Source of the DNA: the human T2T-CHM13v2.0 reference genome, Homo sapiens
DNA length: 64,000 nt
Assembly (NCBI RefSeq): GCF_009914755.1
Contig: NC_060935.1
Strand: one strand, 5' to 3'
In this document: in pieces, positions 44,254-60,570 of the stretch
Layout of the letters: every line of letters begins with the position of its first letter
Numbering within the stretch: the first letter of the stretch is position 1
Made by a program: the position numbers and the translations under genes
Notes under the pieces: generated by a model
Told to the model about the DNA's origin: nothing
What the model saw: only the letters and a program-made list of their open reading frames with translations
Database searches by the model: none

Positions 44254-45799
44254 TTGACTCACTGACTGACTGGCTGAGGAACTGAAACACCGCTCTCTTC
44301 ATTTCCCTCAATGCAGACACCTGTATCGACTCCTAACTGATCTCACCTTCTCCAGATTTTTCGTAACAAACCTCCTGCCCATGGATGGCTAGGAAATATT
44401 TCCCGAAGCACAACTCTCACCCATTTCCATCTTTGTTCACTATTTCAATGATTCTGTATAACCTGTGTTATAAACCTGGTGCTCTATGATTTAAGCTCTG
44501 TTTTTTTCCAAAACATTTCAAGCCCCATGTAACCTACACATATTCCACAAGTATAATTTACACTCTTTAATCACTGATAATATTCTTTCAAAATAATCTT
44601 CAATAATTATTTTCCTCTGCCTCCATTTATTATGATGTTGTTGAGATCAAATGCTCTCTTTTTCCGAAATGCATATGGCCATATCTCTGTGTAAAGGGAT
44701 TTTTTTTCCTGTTGCCGAACATCTGTAGGTATTTGTCCTATATATGAAAATGTTTACATGTCAATTTCTATTATAACTATATAGTATGCCAATGACTTTT
44801 ATTAGACTATGTTTCTTGAAGATAAGTATCACTACCCAAATGTTTGTGGCTTATGCATGATACACATATAAAAATTATGATTAAATAAATAACCAAATAA
44901 CACATCATAGTATACTTTTTAAATGAGTTTTCTGCCATAAGGTATATTTGTTTAAGTCAAGTTATATATGTTCTGCATTAGATTTTCAAAGATATTGTGT
45001 GGAAATTATCACACAATTTGCCGCCTGATATCATCATTCAGGATAGTAACAATATGGAATTTGTCATTCATTTGAAACTTTATGGAACATTGAACTTTCC
45101 AGAATCTATTTTGTATGCTAGGAATTTTTACCTTATTTTTAATAGAGTCAAGTTTTATTTATTCATTCATAATGTATTTATTGCAGGCTTAGCACTGGGA
45201 TTAGTGGTAGGGGTGTGTATATGAAAATGAGGTGATAGCCAAAGTAGAAGAGAGGTCTACCTTTTTAATCTCAGTGGTGTGGCAGTATGTTCTCAACATT
45301 CATGTACACATATTCCTAGCAGGGGAAAATAAAATATAACTGATGAAGGTTAGTCCATAGAAATTTAACCACGTATGTCTAAAAGGAAGTGTTCCATTGT
45401 TATCAAAAACAGTGTTTATACCTTTCATTTACATAGTAACTATTAGGTATCTCATAATACAGAATCTCAATCATTCTCACAAAATATCTATAAGGTAGTA
45501 TTCATTCATCTTAAATTCCGTGCATTAGAAGGAGAGTCCAAAGCTCAAAGAAGTAATGTAATTGGATTAAAGTCACACATATAGTAAGTGTGTATGGGTG
45601 AGGGGGAGCAGGACAGCCGAGAGAGAGCTGAATTGGAGAGTTTTTAATCTGTTCTGTCTGTAACTTTACTGTTCTTTTTTCTCCCCAGTATTACTTGAAA
45701 ATTAAGTTTAGAAATAGTCCAGTGAGGGAAATTGCCTCTTTGTGTTCCAGAGATTGATGTAATTAAAAATAAGTAATCAGTAACTAAAGTATAAATGTC

Positions 45800-45975
45800 T
45801 TTTTTTTATTATACTTTAAGTTCTGGATACATGTGCAGGACATGCAGGTTTGTAACATAGGTACATATGTGCCATGGTGGTTTGCTGCACCCATCAACCT
45901 GTCATCTAGGTTTTAAGCCCCGCATGCATTAGGTATTTGTCCTAATGCTCTCCCTGCCGTTGCCCCCCACCCCTC
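45800..45975 (-). mobile_element. L1PA8-like 3' end
   Basis: 'tattatactttaagttctgg...ctaggttttaagccccgcatgcattagg'. Confidence 0.85.
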
Positions 45976-46007
45976 AAAGGCTGCTATTATTGATAGTGGG
46001 ATTTTGA

Positions 46008-46348
<341 letters not shown>

Positions 46349-46777
46349 TAAACTATCTGTGTTGTCCATGTTTGTATCTTACTTCCACATTCTCATGTTT
46401 CAGCTTTAATTTTGATTGCCCTTTACTTTTTCCTAGTCTATAATTTGAGATCTCAAAAGCAAATATACTTATTTATAGTCTCTGAAAATTCTACCCAGAA
46501 AGTTCTTCCTTCAGTATGAGCAGAAAGTATAAGCTAGAATGATAATCTGATATTTGATATTCTTATTTTTTTACAATTCATAAATAAATGCAAAAGTCTA
46601 TGTCATTTATTTTTGTACTTTTCTGAGCTACATATAATAATTGAATACTTATAATAATTGAATACTGGTTGGGACAGAAGTAGAAGTTGCCTACCTAGGA
46701 ATGCAACCTATCAGGTAATTCAGGATTCCCATGTAAATTAACATTTTTACTGTGTAAACTTTGCAGCAGATAATTAC

Positions 46778-46992
46778 CTGGACTCTAGAGCCAGACTAGT
46801 ATTGAGTTTGCTCTGCTACTAACTGCATGACTTCAGAAAGTTAAATGAATCACTCTGTGTTTCTGACTCCTCATATATATTAAGGGTGTAAAAAATCCCT
46901 ACCTCATGGAGTATTTAAGAACATTAAATGATAGAATGTCAAAAACCATTTAGCACAATGCCTGCAACTAATATCTAGCATATGCTAACTAT
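46778..46992 (+). mobile_element. MIR
   Basis: 'ggactctagagccagac...ctctgtgtttctgactcctcat...tacctcatgg...ttagcacaatgcctg'. Confidence 0.8.
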
Positions 46993-47260
46993 TATTCAAA
47001 ATACACTAAGGAGGTGAGGTCACTTATTATAATGGTTTTCCAGAAGGTGATGATTAACCATGTGCTGGGGCTCACAATTTATATGAGGCAAATTGCAAAA
47101 TCCTATGTAGTACAAACTGAGCTTCTCAAACTGACACAGTTATCCCCAGGAATATCTGACAGTGTGTATAAAATATATATCACACAGTGCAGGAGCATTT
47201 ATGTTACTGATGAGTAATTTTATTCATTTTAACATTAAAGAAGGACTTGGTAGGAAGTGA

Positions 47261-47882
<622 letters not shown>

Positions 47883-50211
47883 CTGATGAAATGTCAGACT
47901 GCAAAGAAAAACTCCTTTTGACCTATAGATGTCTGTGGGCATTCCTGTTTTTCTACCAATAGAAGTATTTCTAAAAGAATGTATGTGAGGCAATGGAAAG
48001 AAAACAGAAAGGTGGTGGCTGCACGAGGACCTTGGTTTCTGTTGGCTACTAGGGTGTTGATGCCTGATGATGATAGTGGCATCACCATGGTCTTAATGAG
48101 GTCAGTAATTTGTCTTGAATTCAGTGTGGCTGTGTTAGCTTTAAGTATTAGCAACATGCAACAGTGTTCTGAAGATATCAGGAGTCCTTGTAAAGTAGCT
48201 GGAAATTTTACTTTACTTCAGTGGAAATTGGAAAAGGAAAATGAGGTTATGTATGTACCAGAAATTAAATTTCTCTATTTTGTTCCCAGTCCGGACAAAA
48301 AGGAGCCAGAAAAAAAGACTTCCTGCTTTCATAATTAAGAGTTAATGTAGCCTTTAGAAATGAGATGCCTTCTTTGAATTATGAATAATGCATTAAAGGA
48401 GGAAACGGAGAGAGTAACAATAACAATCATGCATTATCTAGACCAAAGTGACTAAGTTGTAGATGGGCATAGCTAAATTTATAAGCTTCTTTTATATGAG
48501 AATATGACAGTGAGGCCAAAAGAGTGGCTTGTCTCAGGTCACTCAGATAATTAGACATAAAGGTCAGCCTATAATTCTCTATATCCTGAATTGTTATACC
48601 CTTATGTGTCTTCTTACTCCCAAGGGTCATCATTACATAATATATGACTTGGACTTTGACATAGAACAACTACGAATGTAGCTCAGACACAGGAGATTTT
48701 AGAACTTGTGCAAGTTATTTAAAACTTCTCTCTGCCTATTCTCAGTGAGACACCTACTTTGTAGAGTTAACTGTGGAATTAAAAAAATGTGCGAAAAATA
48801 CCTTGTGCAGGGAAGGGGCCTAGAATACACATTTAATGGGTGAGATGTTGCCCCATTTCTTTTTTTCCATTGTTCTGCCTATTTATCTTATTCTCTTGTG
48901 ACTTCTCAACCTCCAGATTCCTGGGCCATTCATATGAGTTGCTATAAGGACAAGAGATACATATTGAATCTGAAAACCAAAAAAGTCTAACAAATACTCA
49001 TATTACCCTGAGTTTTCTAGTTAATTCCTGCAACTACATGACTTTTAGACCAAACAAATGCTCTCGAGAGTGAATTGTGTTAATTGCAAAAAATACAAAG
49101 ATCTGGGAGTCAGTCTAACCATCTTTAGTAATATAAGAATCCCCATCTCATCATTTCTTTATTTTCCTCTAACATTAAATAAATTATCTTTTTCTTCTAT
49201 TTGTCCTGCAGATGTTTTCTTCAGAATTCTTATCTGATTCCACAGTAGATAAGCACAACTCAGCATTTTATAGTTCTTCTTTTCCACTGAATAATTGACT
49301 CTAGCTAGTGAAATTTCAGATTTCATGCTCCATTTTCAAGGCCATCATGAAGCCATTTCTCAAAGCAAAAGCATTTACAGAAGTAGTTAATTCTCCAGTA
49401 GAGCCAAGTAGTGGGTTTTGGAAATCATGGCTTCCACAAACAAATACTACATATTTTACAATTTCTGGTAAACACAAGGATGACCACAGAGAGCTTGGAC
49501 ATTTTTTCATCTTGTTTGGCTTTGAAAATCAAATAAAACTATTCTCAAAAATTCCCTCATATACTTTTATATGTATACTTCATAAGATTCATTAAAACAA
49601 AATAGAGCTTTATTAACTTCATAAAATACATACACAGTCACATAGATTTGAACTGAAATTGGCAATTTTATCACCAAAAAAGGTGAGCAGAATAAGAATT
49701 AGTGAAAGTTCCAGTGTATAAAATGTTCACTATTTGTAAGTCAACAGTATAATGTAGGACCTACCAAAATGCAAGACATTGTACAAGCATAAAAACTCAT
49801 TAAGAGAGAATAAAACATAGCCCCTGATTTTAGTTAATATTAGAGAAGACATTCACTCATTACATTAGTACTTATAAAGTAGCTATATATGCTATGTGCT
49901 TTGACACACACACATGCATAACAGTGTATATGTGTAAGCACACTGCCTAAACTGGTAATAATATTATTCCAGGAATCACTGGCATACCCTGGCTCCTCCT
50001 CATCCATGGGTGTCCAGCAATAATTAACAGTCATTCTTTCAACCTTATCTTCATACTCTCATCTCACCTTGTAGAAGTCAGTATCAGTACCTTATGTGAT
50101 AGATGGTTACAAAGAAGGAGAAGGCAACAGAAAACAAAAAAGATCCTACATGAGGAAGGTTCGCAATAGAAAACACTGTCTGTATTGAATGAAATTAAAC
50201 TATATGGGTAG

Positions 50212-50530
<319 letters not shown>

Positions 50531-50715
50531 TAATATAGTTTAATTTCAGACTTTCATCTCCTAAAATGTAAGCTTTAGAAACGTCTCTTCCAGGGTTTAC
50601 TCCATGGTCCTAAGTCATACTACCTCTTTATTCTTGTCAGCCTTCCCCTACCGCTTCTTTCTAATGAACACTTTTCTGAGCCCTGCCTTGGCCTCTGTTT
50701 TAATCCTCATCCACA

Positions 50716-50789
50716 TTAGGCTTCTTTTCCCTAATGAATATAACATTTTTCTTAGGCTTCTTTTCCCTAATGAACATAACATTTTTCTT
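50716..50789. repeat. ~36-bp tandem duplication
   Basis: ttaggcttcttttccctaatgaa(t/c)ataacatttttc x2. Confidence 0.9.
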
Positions 50790-51504
50790 TTGCATCCTCT
50801 GACCCCATGGCATCTCACTCAAGCCCACCTGTGGAGCCCCTGTGCCTTCTCTGTGACTCCAGTCTCTTCAGTGCTGAAGATCTTCCTCAGGTTTTGGGAG
50901 CCATCAAAAATGGTGGTGAGTGAGGACCTCCTCCCATCACCCAGTTTCAGCAAGGCAAATGGTGGGTGGAAGCAGTATTCCCTCTCCACCATAAGAGGCA
51001 CATGTTAGGGAGGACTAGGGGATTGAGGATGGTTCTGGAAGTCAAATTAAAATGTTAATGTTGTACCTGAGTCACACAATGAATTAATTAAATTCATTTC
51101 CTGGAATTTGGATTAAATTCATATTCAGGAAATGAATTAAATTCATATCCTGGATATTGTCACTCTGTATTATCCTGTTTCTAAGTGGAAATTTTTTCCA
51201 TCTTCCATGCTATGGACTTCTGAATTTACCTCTTGTAGCACCCATGAGCTGTTTGTAACTCCGGAATGGTCATTTAAGGGAGAAATGAGGTAGCTATTCA
51301 TTATAGTGTATGCTGAAGGAAAAATAAATGATAAAGTAGAAGCGTTCTGGCCTTTTGGTAGAATAGATAAATATGGTCCAAAGAAGATAGAAACGGAAAG
51401 AAATTATAAAGAAAGACAGACTTTTATAAAGAAAGGAGGAGGGCATTCCTGGAGAATGAAATGACAAGAACAAAGAGCATGTTATCACAAAGCATTCATT
51501 CGTG

Positions 51505-51791
51505 TGTTTGTCAGTTTATTTTTTGCCATCCCTGCATACATACCTTTCTTTCCAGTATGAATATTCTAATGTTCTCTTGGAAAGTTATCCCTTTTCCAAG
51601 GGATATCCTGTGGCTATGGAAGTTGTTGACATAGTTTATGCCCCATATTTAAGCTACGCCTGAAGCCATTCTGCCTTCCAATGCAGACTTCCAACTTACT
51701 GGCTTATCGTTGAGCCAGTACGTTTCTTAATGTTTATGCCTAATTTGAGTTGACACTTCTGTCACTTGCAACAGTAAGAGTTCTCAGTGAC
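51505..51791 (+). mobile_element. MLT1J-like MaLR LTR, internally deleted
   Basis: 3' end 'ttctgtcacttgcaacagtaagagttctcagtgaca'. Confidence 0.6.
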
Positions 51792-54700
51792 AGATGTGAT
51801 AATGAATTTCCAGTTTTTGTGGATGGCAGCAAGATCTACCTGGCTCATACAAAAGATGCATGTTCTAAAGTAGTGGGAGGTTAAGTCAAATGTGGATAGA
51901 AAAGCAAACCTCAAATCCTAATTAATAGCATTGGCCAGTAGCCTTGATAGTTATCTTACTATTTCTGGGAGATCAATTTTAGGTTTCCACTTTTTTTTTT
52001 TTCCTGTTCAAGGCCTGGTAACATTAATCTGTGCCCGCAGTCAAGCAGTCACTCATCATTTATGGAAATCTAACAAACTGTGGCCTTGACCTCTGCTCTC
52101 AAGGTTCCTGACTCCATATCCTTTTGCAGCTAAAATAGATGGAAACTGAGCCTCATATAGAAATTTAATGGGTCCCTAAGGCAACATTTTACTTTTCTCT
52201 TCCTCCTACTAAAGAGAAAATTTTATTTAATTTGTAGGGGGAGGAGGAGCTGCTTAATCTTGGGCTGTTTACAGAAATTCCTCCAGGGGTCTCAGATTGG
52301 CCAAGCCTGTCTGATTCAGTTCTATTTCAGGGCAGAATTCACGTGGGTCTTTTATGTTCCTGTTTGTGATTTCATGCAGGGATGGGACACAGGAATAAAT
52401 TTATACTTGTATAACCACTGAGATATGTCATATTTAACCATCTGGTTAGGAACTGGGCCAAAGATTCTTTTACACTCTGAGAAACTGGCTATGGAAGTTG
52501 TTGATATTAATGACTATCCTTTTCTTCTGTATTTTCAGGTTACTTAAGGGGCAAATGCCCATGGATTTTTATCTTCCTTAGTATGAGGAAACATTTTCTT
52601 CAGTGGATGGTTTTAGGTTAAAATACATAAGGCCTACCTTGGCAGTTGCAGCATATAACTACATCAGTGCTCATCGTCTTCCTTATGGAAACAGTGGCCA
52701 TGTTTTTTGTTTCATTTTGTTTTGTTTTAAGAAACCTTCCTTTGTCTCTTTCTCAATTGTAATGTTAGTAGATAAAACCACAGTGTCTGGGAGTTAGCCT
52801 GACTAATTTATGACCATACAGTATGTTATAGATTTAGAAGGGAGCCTAAGTTTATCCAATCAGAGTGAACTTTAAGGCTTTGGTAATTCTGGACTTACTT
52901 TCTGGGCTTGGAAAGACTATGAGGCTTCGAACTGAAACTTGACGCAGTCATGAGGAGAGAGCCTGGTATTGTCAAAAATGACCTGGGGAGCCTGAAAATG
53001 AAGAAAACCCAAAAGAAACAGAGCCGAGATTGCTTTTACTGTAATGTTGGAGCATAAATCAGGCTCTGCCCGAAGCTAACCTGAACTAGGAGCTCATAAA
53101 AATTTAGTTCATTTTATTTGCTTAAACCAATTTATATCAAGACATGTAGCTATTTGTAGTTTGGTAACATAGGAAATATTTTCTCCTTCTGCCTCTTCTC
53201 TTAGAACACTTTCCTTTTCTTCAAAATTTCTCTCAAATATTGTCTCATCTGTGAGGCTTTCTTTGGCACAGGTGTATAGTTGGTCACTCTATTATAATCT
53301 TTATCATATGCTATGTCTGCTTATCTGTATCTTGTGTTGTAAATTACTACAATTTGTTGTAATATATTTATTTAGCACCTCTTCTGTGCCACACTGGGTT
53401 AAGCTTTAGAGATTTGATGCTGAACAAGGCCAACGTGGTTTATGCCCTATGTGTACTATTTTAACTGATAGGTTATTGATAATTAGAGATATGATGTGTT
53501 TCAGCAAAAGGAAGATACAGAGAACCAGGGCAGCCATGCAAGAGGAATATTACAAACAAAATATTACATGTATGATATATCTTGGGGTTAGCAAAAGAAA
53601 GTTGCATAATACTAAATGTGATCATTCCTAGAGAGTATTGTCCTCTTGGTAATAGTGTTTCATTTGCTTTGTTTTAATCACTGGGAGCTGTTTTAATTAC
53701 TTGTATATAACAGAAATTTTTAAAAAATTATTGAATTTGTACATGATTCAAAACATATTTACCTCTGAACCTTCCTTGATTAACACCCCTCCACAAAAAT
53801 CTTTCCTGCTTTAAATTCTCAAAGTTTAATTTTTATTGAATATCCACATTGCCTTTATTTTATTTACTTACATTTAGAGAGTTGATGCTTGGCATTAATA
53901 AGCCTTATATCTAAGATCTTCAAAGATGTCCAAAATCACAAATGCAGAAATTTTACCAAAGCTGGCACATTCTCCCTGAATCACAGTTTCACCAAAAGTC
54001 ACATATATAAGCACCATGTGCCCACAGCACAAGCTTAACATCTTTTCAGTATTCACCAACATTTTATCTTCTATGCTGTAAAAGTACAACATTGACTAGA
54101 GCACTCAGTGAAAAAAGGAAAATACGTTTTCTGATTTTCATACACCCCATATTATGGGTTTCGTTCAAATGGTAGGCCAACACTGAGTTTAACAATTCAC
54201 TCTTGAGAATATCTAAAACTTTTATATTCAAGATAAGAACCAAGAATTCATTTTATCATACCTATTGACTTTGTATTTCCTTCTTCTAAACCAGTTTCTT
54301 CAGGTAGATTTTATTCTGCCTTATGCCAGGGATATTTTTTTCCAAATAAAAGTCGGCATATGTGACTTTACAAGAGCTACCATTTACTCAAATTACAAAT
54401 AGAGAAAAGATGAGAAGAGATAAACATATGAAGAGCTGACTGACTCTGACTTCGATCAAAAGCTAAGTGACTCATACTACTTAACTTTGTGACTTAATAA
54501 ATAACAAGTGAATCATAAGTGGATTTGCAATATGTTCAAGAATATAGAAACCCTGAATACTAAGCTCATGAATGTCATGATAGTGGAGTAGTAATATGTT
54601 TCATTCAATAGACTATAAGTTATTTGAAGGAAGTTTTGTTTTGTTTTTTTTTTAACATTCAAGCTATGTGAATAAAGCACTGACTCTTTCTTGGTCTCAG

Positions 54701-55089
54701 TTTTTCATCTGTAGAAGAGGTGTAAGATTTTCAATTTTTATTACTATCCCTGAGAGCCTGCCAGTTCTGAACATATAGCTATCAAATGGAAGCTTGATTG
54801 CCAGTAAAAACCTATTACAGTTGTAATGATTTTAGGCAGAATATTTACATTTACACTTACGATATCTGTTACTTATTTATTCATTTGCAGAAAGGTCAGT
54901 TTAAATTTGAGATACAGCTTGCATTGGAAAAAAAAGTGAAGCAAACTGATCCCCTGGAGATTGGGTTCAAGATATTAATTAGTTAGGTTTAGGGTAGGAC
55001 TGTCATATACTAAAATTTCTTAAAAATATTTTATACAAAATTTCTAACTGACCTCACATAATCTTTTAAGTTATATTATTTCCAAAATG

Positions 55090-55260
55090 TCATTCCTTTT
55101 ATATTTATATATATAAATATATATTATATTATATATTAATATCTATATAATATATATTATATATAATATAGATACATATTATATATATCATATAGATACA
55201 TATGATATATATAATATAGATTATTATATATATTATATATGTGTATTTTATATATATATC
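55090..55260. repeat. Degenerate (TA)n-rich tract
   Basis: Direct reading. Confidence 0.9.
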
Positions 55261-56199
55261 TTAAGAATCCTACATGATGGATCTTATTCAATGAAACAAA
55301 TTAGGCACAGTCTAGTGGGAAGACAGCCACTTAAATCTTTTCTTTTTTTAAGGCAACATTATTTGTGCTATAGTAAATTTGTGAATGATGTGTTGTGGAA
55401 ACACAGGGCGGGTAATTAAATTCTGCAAGATGGGTAGGAAAGAAGCTGTAGAGAAAGTATACAGTGGAGGGGACATTTGAACAGAAACCTTATGAATGAA
55501 ATTTCTGTATAAAGTTAAAATATAAAGGGGAAAATGAAGTCCAGGTAAAGGGAATGTCATGGTCAACCACACGAAGGCATGAGAAAGCAACACACAGTTG
55601 AGGAAAAAAAAAATCAGTGTTTAATGCCAACCCAGAAACCATCAGAAATAGTCAATCATTCCTCTGGATGTCTAGAATTTTCAAAATATATTTAGGAGAA
55701 TAGTTTATTTATGATTATCTTAGGCTAACTCCCTTCAACACACTCTACATTCTTCAAAGCAGGGATCATTTCTGATTTACCAAGCGTAACACCTGGCCAT
55801 AGTAGCTGTTCAACAGACAGTCGTTAAATGAGTACTAATGGAGCTGGACTTTGGGTTGTGTGAGACAGAGATGGAAAACAAGAAGGTTACATTGAGCCAA
55901 TTTGTAATAGGATTTAAACATAAGACAAGCAGTTTAGCCTTTATTCCTCTAGTGAAGACATGCCACCAAGGGTGTCTAATTAGGATAGTGACATGGTTCA
56001 AGCTGTGCTATTGATAGTTTCAAAAGAAGAAATCTTCCTTCCCTGCTCTTGAAATATAACACAGGTCAATTTTGCTTATTTTGCCAATCACATTCAAGTT
56101 TATAAAAGTCACTTTGAAGATTAGAAAGTACAGAAATAATATGATTTTAAAACTTTAAACTTTCATACAATTCAAAATTTAGGAGAGGCAACATTGTAC

Positions 56200-56706
56200 G
56201 CTACCTTTTTAGTGCTTTTTCCAAATTGGGTCCAAGAATTAAATTAGCATAAGGTAGAGCAACAGGAGGAAGGCATAAAATTCATTGAATGCAAGTTTTA
56301 CATGGCACAGGAGCCTTTATAAAGAGATAAAGACTCAAAGATGCAGTTGGAGTTGAAAACCGATATACTGAATTACACAAAGATCAATAAACTATGAAAA
56401 TGTGACAAGGCAAAGGGGCTTGGGCTATAGTCATTGATTTGGGGGAGAGGTGGCTAGAAGGATAAGTGTTCATCTAACAATGGTTGTTTGTACAGATTAC
56501 TTTTGGCCTCAACTTCCTGTCTTTGATGACACTTTTCTTCTAGTATAGGAAGCACATCATTCACATGTGAGTTTTATCTCCCGCTTTTAGGAAACTGAAG
56601 GTCAGAGTTATAATCTTGCATCTGCTGTTTGTCATGTGCCTTTAACTAAAAATAGTTAATATGCCAGGGTGGTATATTTTGGAGTGGCACAGTCTTAACT
56701 CCTACA
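56200..56706 (-). mobile_element. ERV1 MER34/MER67-group solo LTR
   Basis: Ends 'taaaaatagttaatatgccagggtggtatattttggagtggcacagtcttaactcctaca' (reverse complement of the group's 5' signature). Confidence 0.75.
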
Positions 56707-57754
56707 AAAGTTTCTCTCATCTTCTCTTCTTGGGACTGGAAACAGCAGAACAACAGCAATGGACAAGAGGGAAGGGGTATAATGTGACCTGGTTATTCAC
56801 CATTTCTTCACTTGCTTTTCCACTCTTTCTCTCACAGTTTTTACAACATGTGGATTATTCCAGAGCTGGTAGAGGATGAGAGGAAGAACATAAAGGTGTC
56901 ATATGACTAGTACTATTGTAATCTGACCTTTGAGTGCCCAAATGCCATCTTTTTCTTATGGAATGGTTTTTTTAGTGTTTTCTGGAGACTTTCCCTGATC
57001 AAAACCTCTACACCCCCTCTGGGGAGCTTGGGGAGTTCCTATACCGCATTCCCTGGGAGGCTGCTTACACTCAGAACTTGCAATTCACACACACCCCTTA
57101 TTATAGAGTTTTATTTACCTTGGCAGGCACTCTTCTTAAGTAGGTCCCTTTCAATATGTCTGGAGTTCATTTACCTTTCTAAGTACCCACTTATCCCCCA
57201 GGACAACACAGTAGTAATACCTGCAACACATTCTAGAAGGGCAAGGAGCTAAGTAGCTACTCTTCAGCTCTCTCCTTGCTTCATCATGAGGACACCTCCA
57301 ACTCTGTCCTTCCAAACTTTCAAGGAAAAAGTAGGCGTGGATATCTATGCTATGGGAACTCCAGGAAATACAGGTCAATTTTCCCTGAGAATAATTTTTT
57401 CACTTATCACTCTGGTTCTTTGGAAGCCCTAAGAACCTTTCATTTTTGTAGTTCACATGCGCATGGGTGAGAATCCCATCCTCCTCCTTGCAGTCACACT
57501 CACTCTCTGGAGTAGTTTTCCTGATGCTGCTCTTATTTGGTTTGAGATAGGGGAGATGTACACTGAGAGAGGTGTATGGCGTATACAGCAGGCCACACTT
57601 TTCTTATAGCAGTTCTTATTCTTCCCTTTTATCTCCCATATTATCTGATAGCTGCAATGAAGCTGCAAGATGTGCTAAGGGAATCAGATGTGTGCTTCAT
57701 GTTCTATAAATGTGCCTAGCACCTTTCTTTAGAATGTGGGAATAATTTGTACCT

Positions 57755-58116
57755 TGTGTTAATCTGTTCTCATACTGCTATGGAGAAATACTCGAGACTG
57801 GGTAATTTATAAAGGAAAGAGGTTTAATTGACTCACTGTTTTGCATGGCTGGAAAGGCCTCAGGAAACTTACAATCATGGCAAAAGAGGAACCAAACGAG
57901 TCCTTCCTCACAAGGTGGTAAAAGAAGTACCAAGCAAAGGGGGAAGCCCCTTATAAAACAATCATATCTCATGAGAACTCACTCACTATCACGAGAACAG
58001 CATGGGAAAAACCACCCCTATGATTTAATTATCTCCACCTGGTCCTGCCCTTAACAAGTGGGAATTATTACGATTCAAGGTGAGATTTTGGTGGGGACAC
58101 AGAGCCGAACCATACT
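57755..58116 (-). mobile_element. THE1 MaLR solo LTR
   Basis: 'gagactgggtaatttataaaggaaagaggtttaattgactcac...ggggacacagagccgaaccata'. Confidence 0.92.
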
Positions 58117-59834
58117 GTTTGCAACTTTGGGCATCTTTCTAAACTGGAGAAGAGAGAAAATCCTCATTTGCATCCTGTTAGACATTGTACAGCTTATTTA
58201 ATACTCACACTGGTCCTAAGACTTAGGTATCATTATTCCCATTTTACAAATGTGGAAATTGATGCAGAGCACATAATCTATCCTAGTGGCAGAATTCAAC
58301 TATAAACCTGAGTGTGTCTCATTTTAAAGTCCAACACAATTCTGCTCAGTTCTGAAATGTTTGATCAAGAAGCCTACTGACAGAGTAGATAATAATTTGG
58401 GACTAAAAGGTCATTGTCTGAACAATGGATATTTTGATGTATGGTCAGCTTTGGCCAGAGCAGTCACTCTATTCTAGCAGTCACCTTATTCCAGAAGGTT
58501 CCTCCGAAAACCTGGGGAACTTATGGCCTTCACTATCAAGCTGTTTTGAATATACCTGGCTTTTAAGCATAAGACCCAATCATCCTCATAAACGATATAC
58601 TGTATAGTCATATTTCCAAGTAAAATGGCAGTTGAATGAAAGCTACTAATCCATGCCCAAGCTTAGGCATTGTCTAAGTCCCGAGCTAAAGCTTAAGTTT
58701 CATGAGTGTCCTCTAATGGTCTTTTTATACCGGCACATGTTAAAAGAAAATACAAAAGCCTTTTAAGAAAAACTGAGATACCTCTATACATGCAAAGGGT
58801 AGAGACAGCAAGAAACATCGGCAGCCAACAACAGTGTATTGTTGCAGTTTCTCAATTATAATTCAAATTTTATGCTTTAAGTTTTTATTGAATATATCAT
58901 AGAAGCTTACAAATATGCTATTTCTGGTTGCAGTAAAGAATTTATCAAACAGGATTTTATTGCAGATTTTGAAATTTGATTTTATTAGTGATTTGGAACT
59001 ATTTAAATACAGGTTTATGTGGATGCAATACTTGTTCAATTTCTAAATTACTAATTTGAGCATTTAGTTGACATCATTTAAATTTTACATATGTGTGTAG
59101 CATCCAGTTTATACTCAAAATTTTACCTTTCCCTGATCTCCAAACATGAGTTAATCCAACCATCTTCAAATGCAAACATTATATTGTTTGAAGTACTACA
59201 TGGTTATAATTATTCTTCTCAAAAAATCAGAAATCTGCCATGTGTAAATAAACTTGCTATGTGTTTCTGAGTAAACTTATTTTCTTTATCTCTGTTTTCA
59301 TAACTACTATTAAAATAGCACTTATATTATTTCCTTCCTAGACAATGTCAAAAAATTAGCTTCTATTTTAATAAGAACTAATATCTTCAAGGAAAAGACA
59401 AGGTGGTGTAGGGAGGACATCAGTATAATTATTACTTCACAAATGAAAATTATTTTAAGTCTGTGATACAAAGCTATTTCAGAAACTGCAGAGAAAAACA
59501 TGTACAAGGACAAATTAATCAGAGTATTCTCAATCAAAATGGTATAGCTCAAAGTTAATAAGTTATTTATTCTCATTTAGGGAATATTACTGAAGTTTTG
59601 GCATGCAATAAGTGCACTGAAACATTAAGCTGGTCATTGAGCAGATGAATGAACATTCCAGCAAGGAGCATTTTAGTGTCACACTACATTTTTGCTTCAC
59701 TAATTTAAAAACTGCGCCGTTTCAGTTTATTATAGGTAATTTCTAAAATAAGTCAAGTTAATAGGAAATGTAGTACCCAGAGAAATCACCCAACAGGGAT
59801 TAAGGGTTTTTAAAAAGTGAAGCTTAATTTAAAA

Positions 59835-60125
59835 GTATGAAGGGCAAATATTACGTGATATCATTTGTATGAGGGATCTAAAACAGTTAGAGCAGGGTGG
59901 TGGTTTCCAAGATCTCGGGGAAGTAGAAAATGGGAAGGGATTAGTCAAAGGATACGAAGTTTCAGTTGTGCCAGATGAGTAAGTCCTAAAGATCTACTGT
60001 ACAGCACAGCGTCTCTAGCTAATAAGACTATATTGCATACGTAAAAATTTGCTAATAGGGTATATCTTATGTTAAGTGTTCTTGTAACAAATAGTAATCA
60101 ATAAAGAAGGCAGGAGAAAAAGTAA
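59835..60125 (+). mobile_element. L1MB 3' end
   Basis: 'gtcaaaggatacgaagtttcagtt...gatctactgtacagca...aaaatttgctaataggg..tcttatgttaagtgttct'. Confidence 0.85.
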
Positions 60126-60379
60126 ATAAATAAGTAAAAGTATAAATGGCTTACAAAAAATCAGTTTCTTAAATGCATAGTTAATATTCTAGGTGTTTGT
60201 GTGTTTGCTTTTTAGAAGTCTGAAAGCAAAAGCTCAGCCATAACTCTTTTCTGTACTTACGGTCCAATTGCCTCATTACGTGTTAAGATACGGGTTTGCA
60301 TTCACATATTTCTACTAAGCATCTTGCATGAACAAATACCTTCAACTTCTTCACCCTTTCAAACAATCTCCACCTTTAA

Positions 60380-60570
60380 TAATGATAATAATAATTACTC
60401 ATTAAGTACTTATTCAGTACGAGGTACTATTCTGCATGCTTTTATAATTTATTTAATCCTCGTAACGACCAAATGAGAAAGGCACTCTAATTAAAAAAAG
60501 AAACTGAGGCACAGATATATTAACAAGATCACACAATTTGTAAATGGTAGAGCAAAGTGGGATTTTTAAA
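60380..60570 (-). mobile_element. MIR
   Basis: 'atttaatcctcgtaac...gaaactgaggcacaga'. Confidence 0.7.

Noticed and set aside
47979-48338. 119-aa ORF in unique sequence
   Set aside because: No recognisable domain or convincing splice sites; compatible with chance.
49185-49470. Strong 3' splice-site-like sequence (tttttcttctatttgtcctgcag; similar at ~52518-52539)
   Set aside because: No open coding frame or matched donor can be supported; such motifs are frequent in AT-rich DNA.
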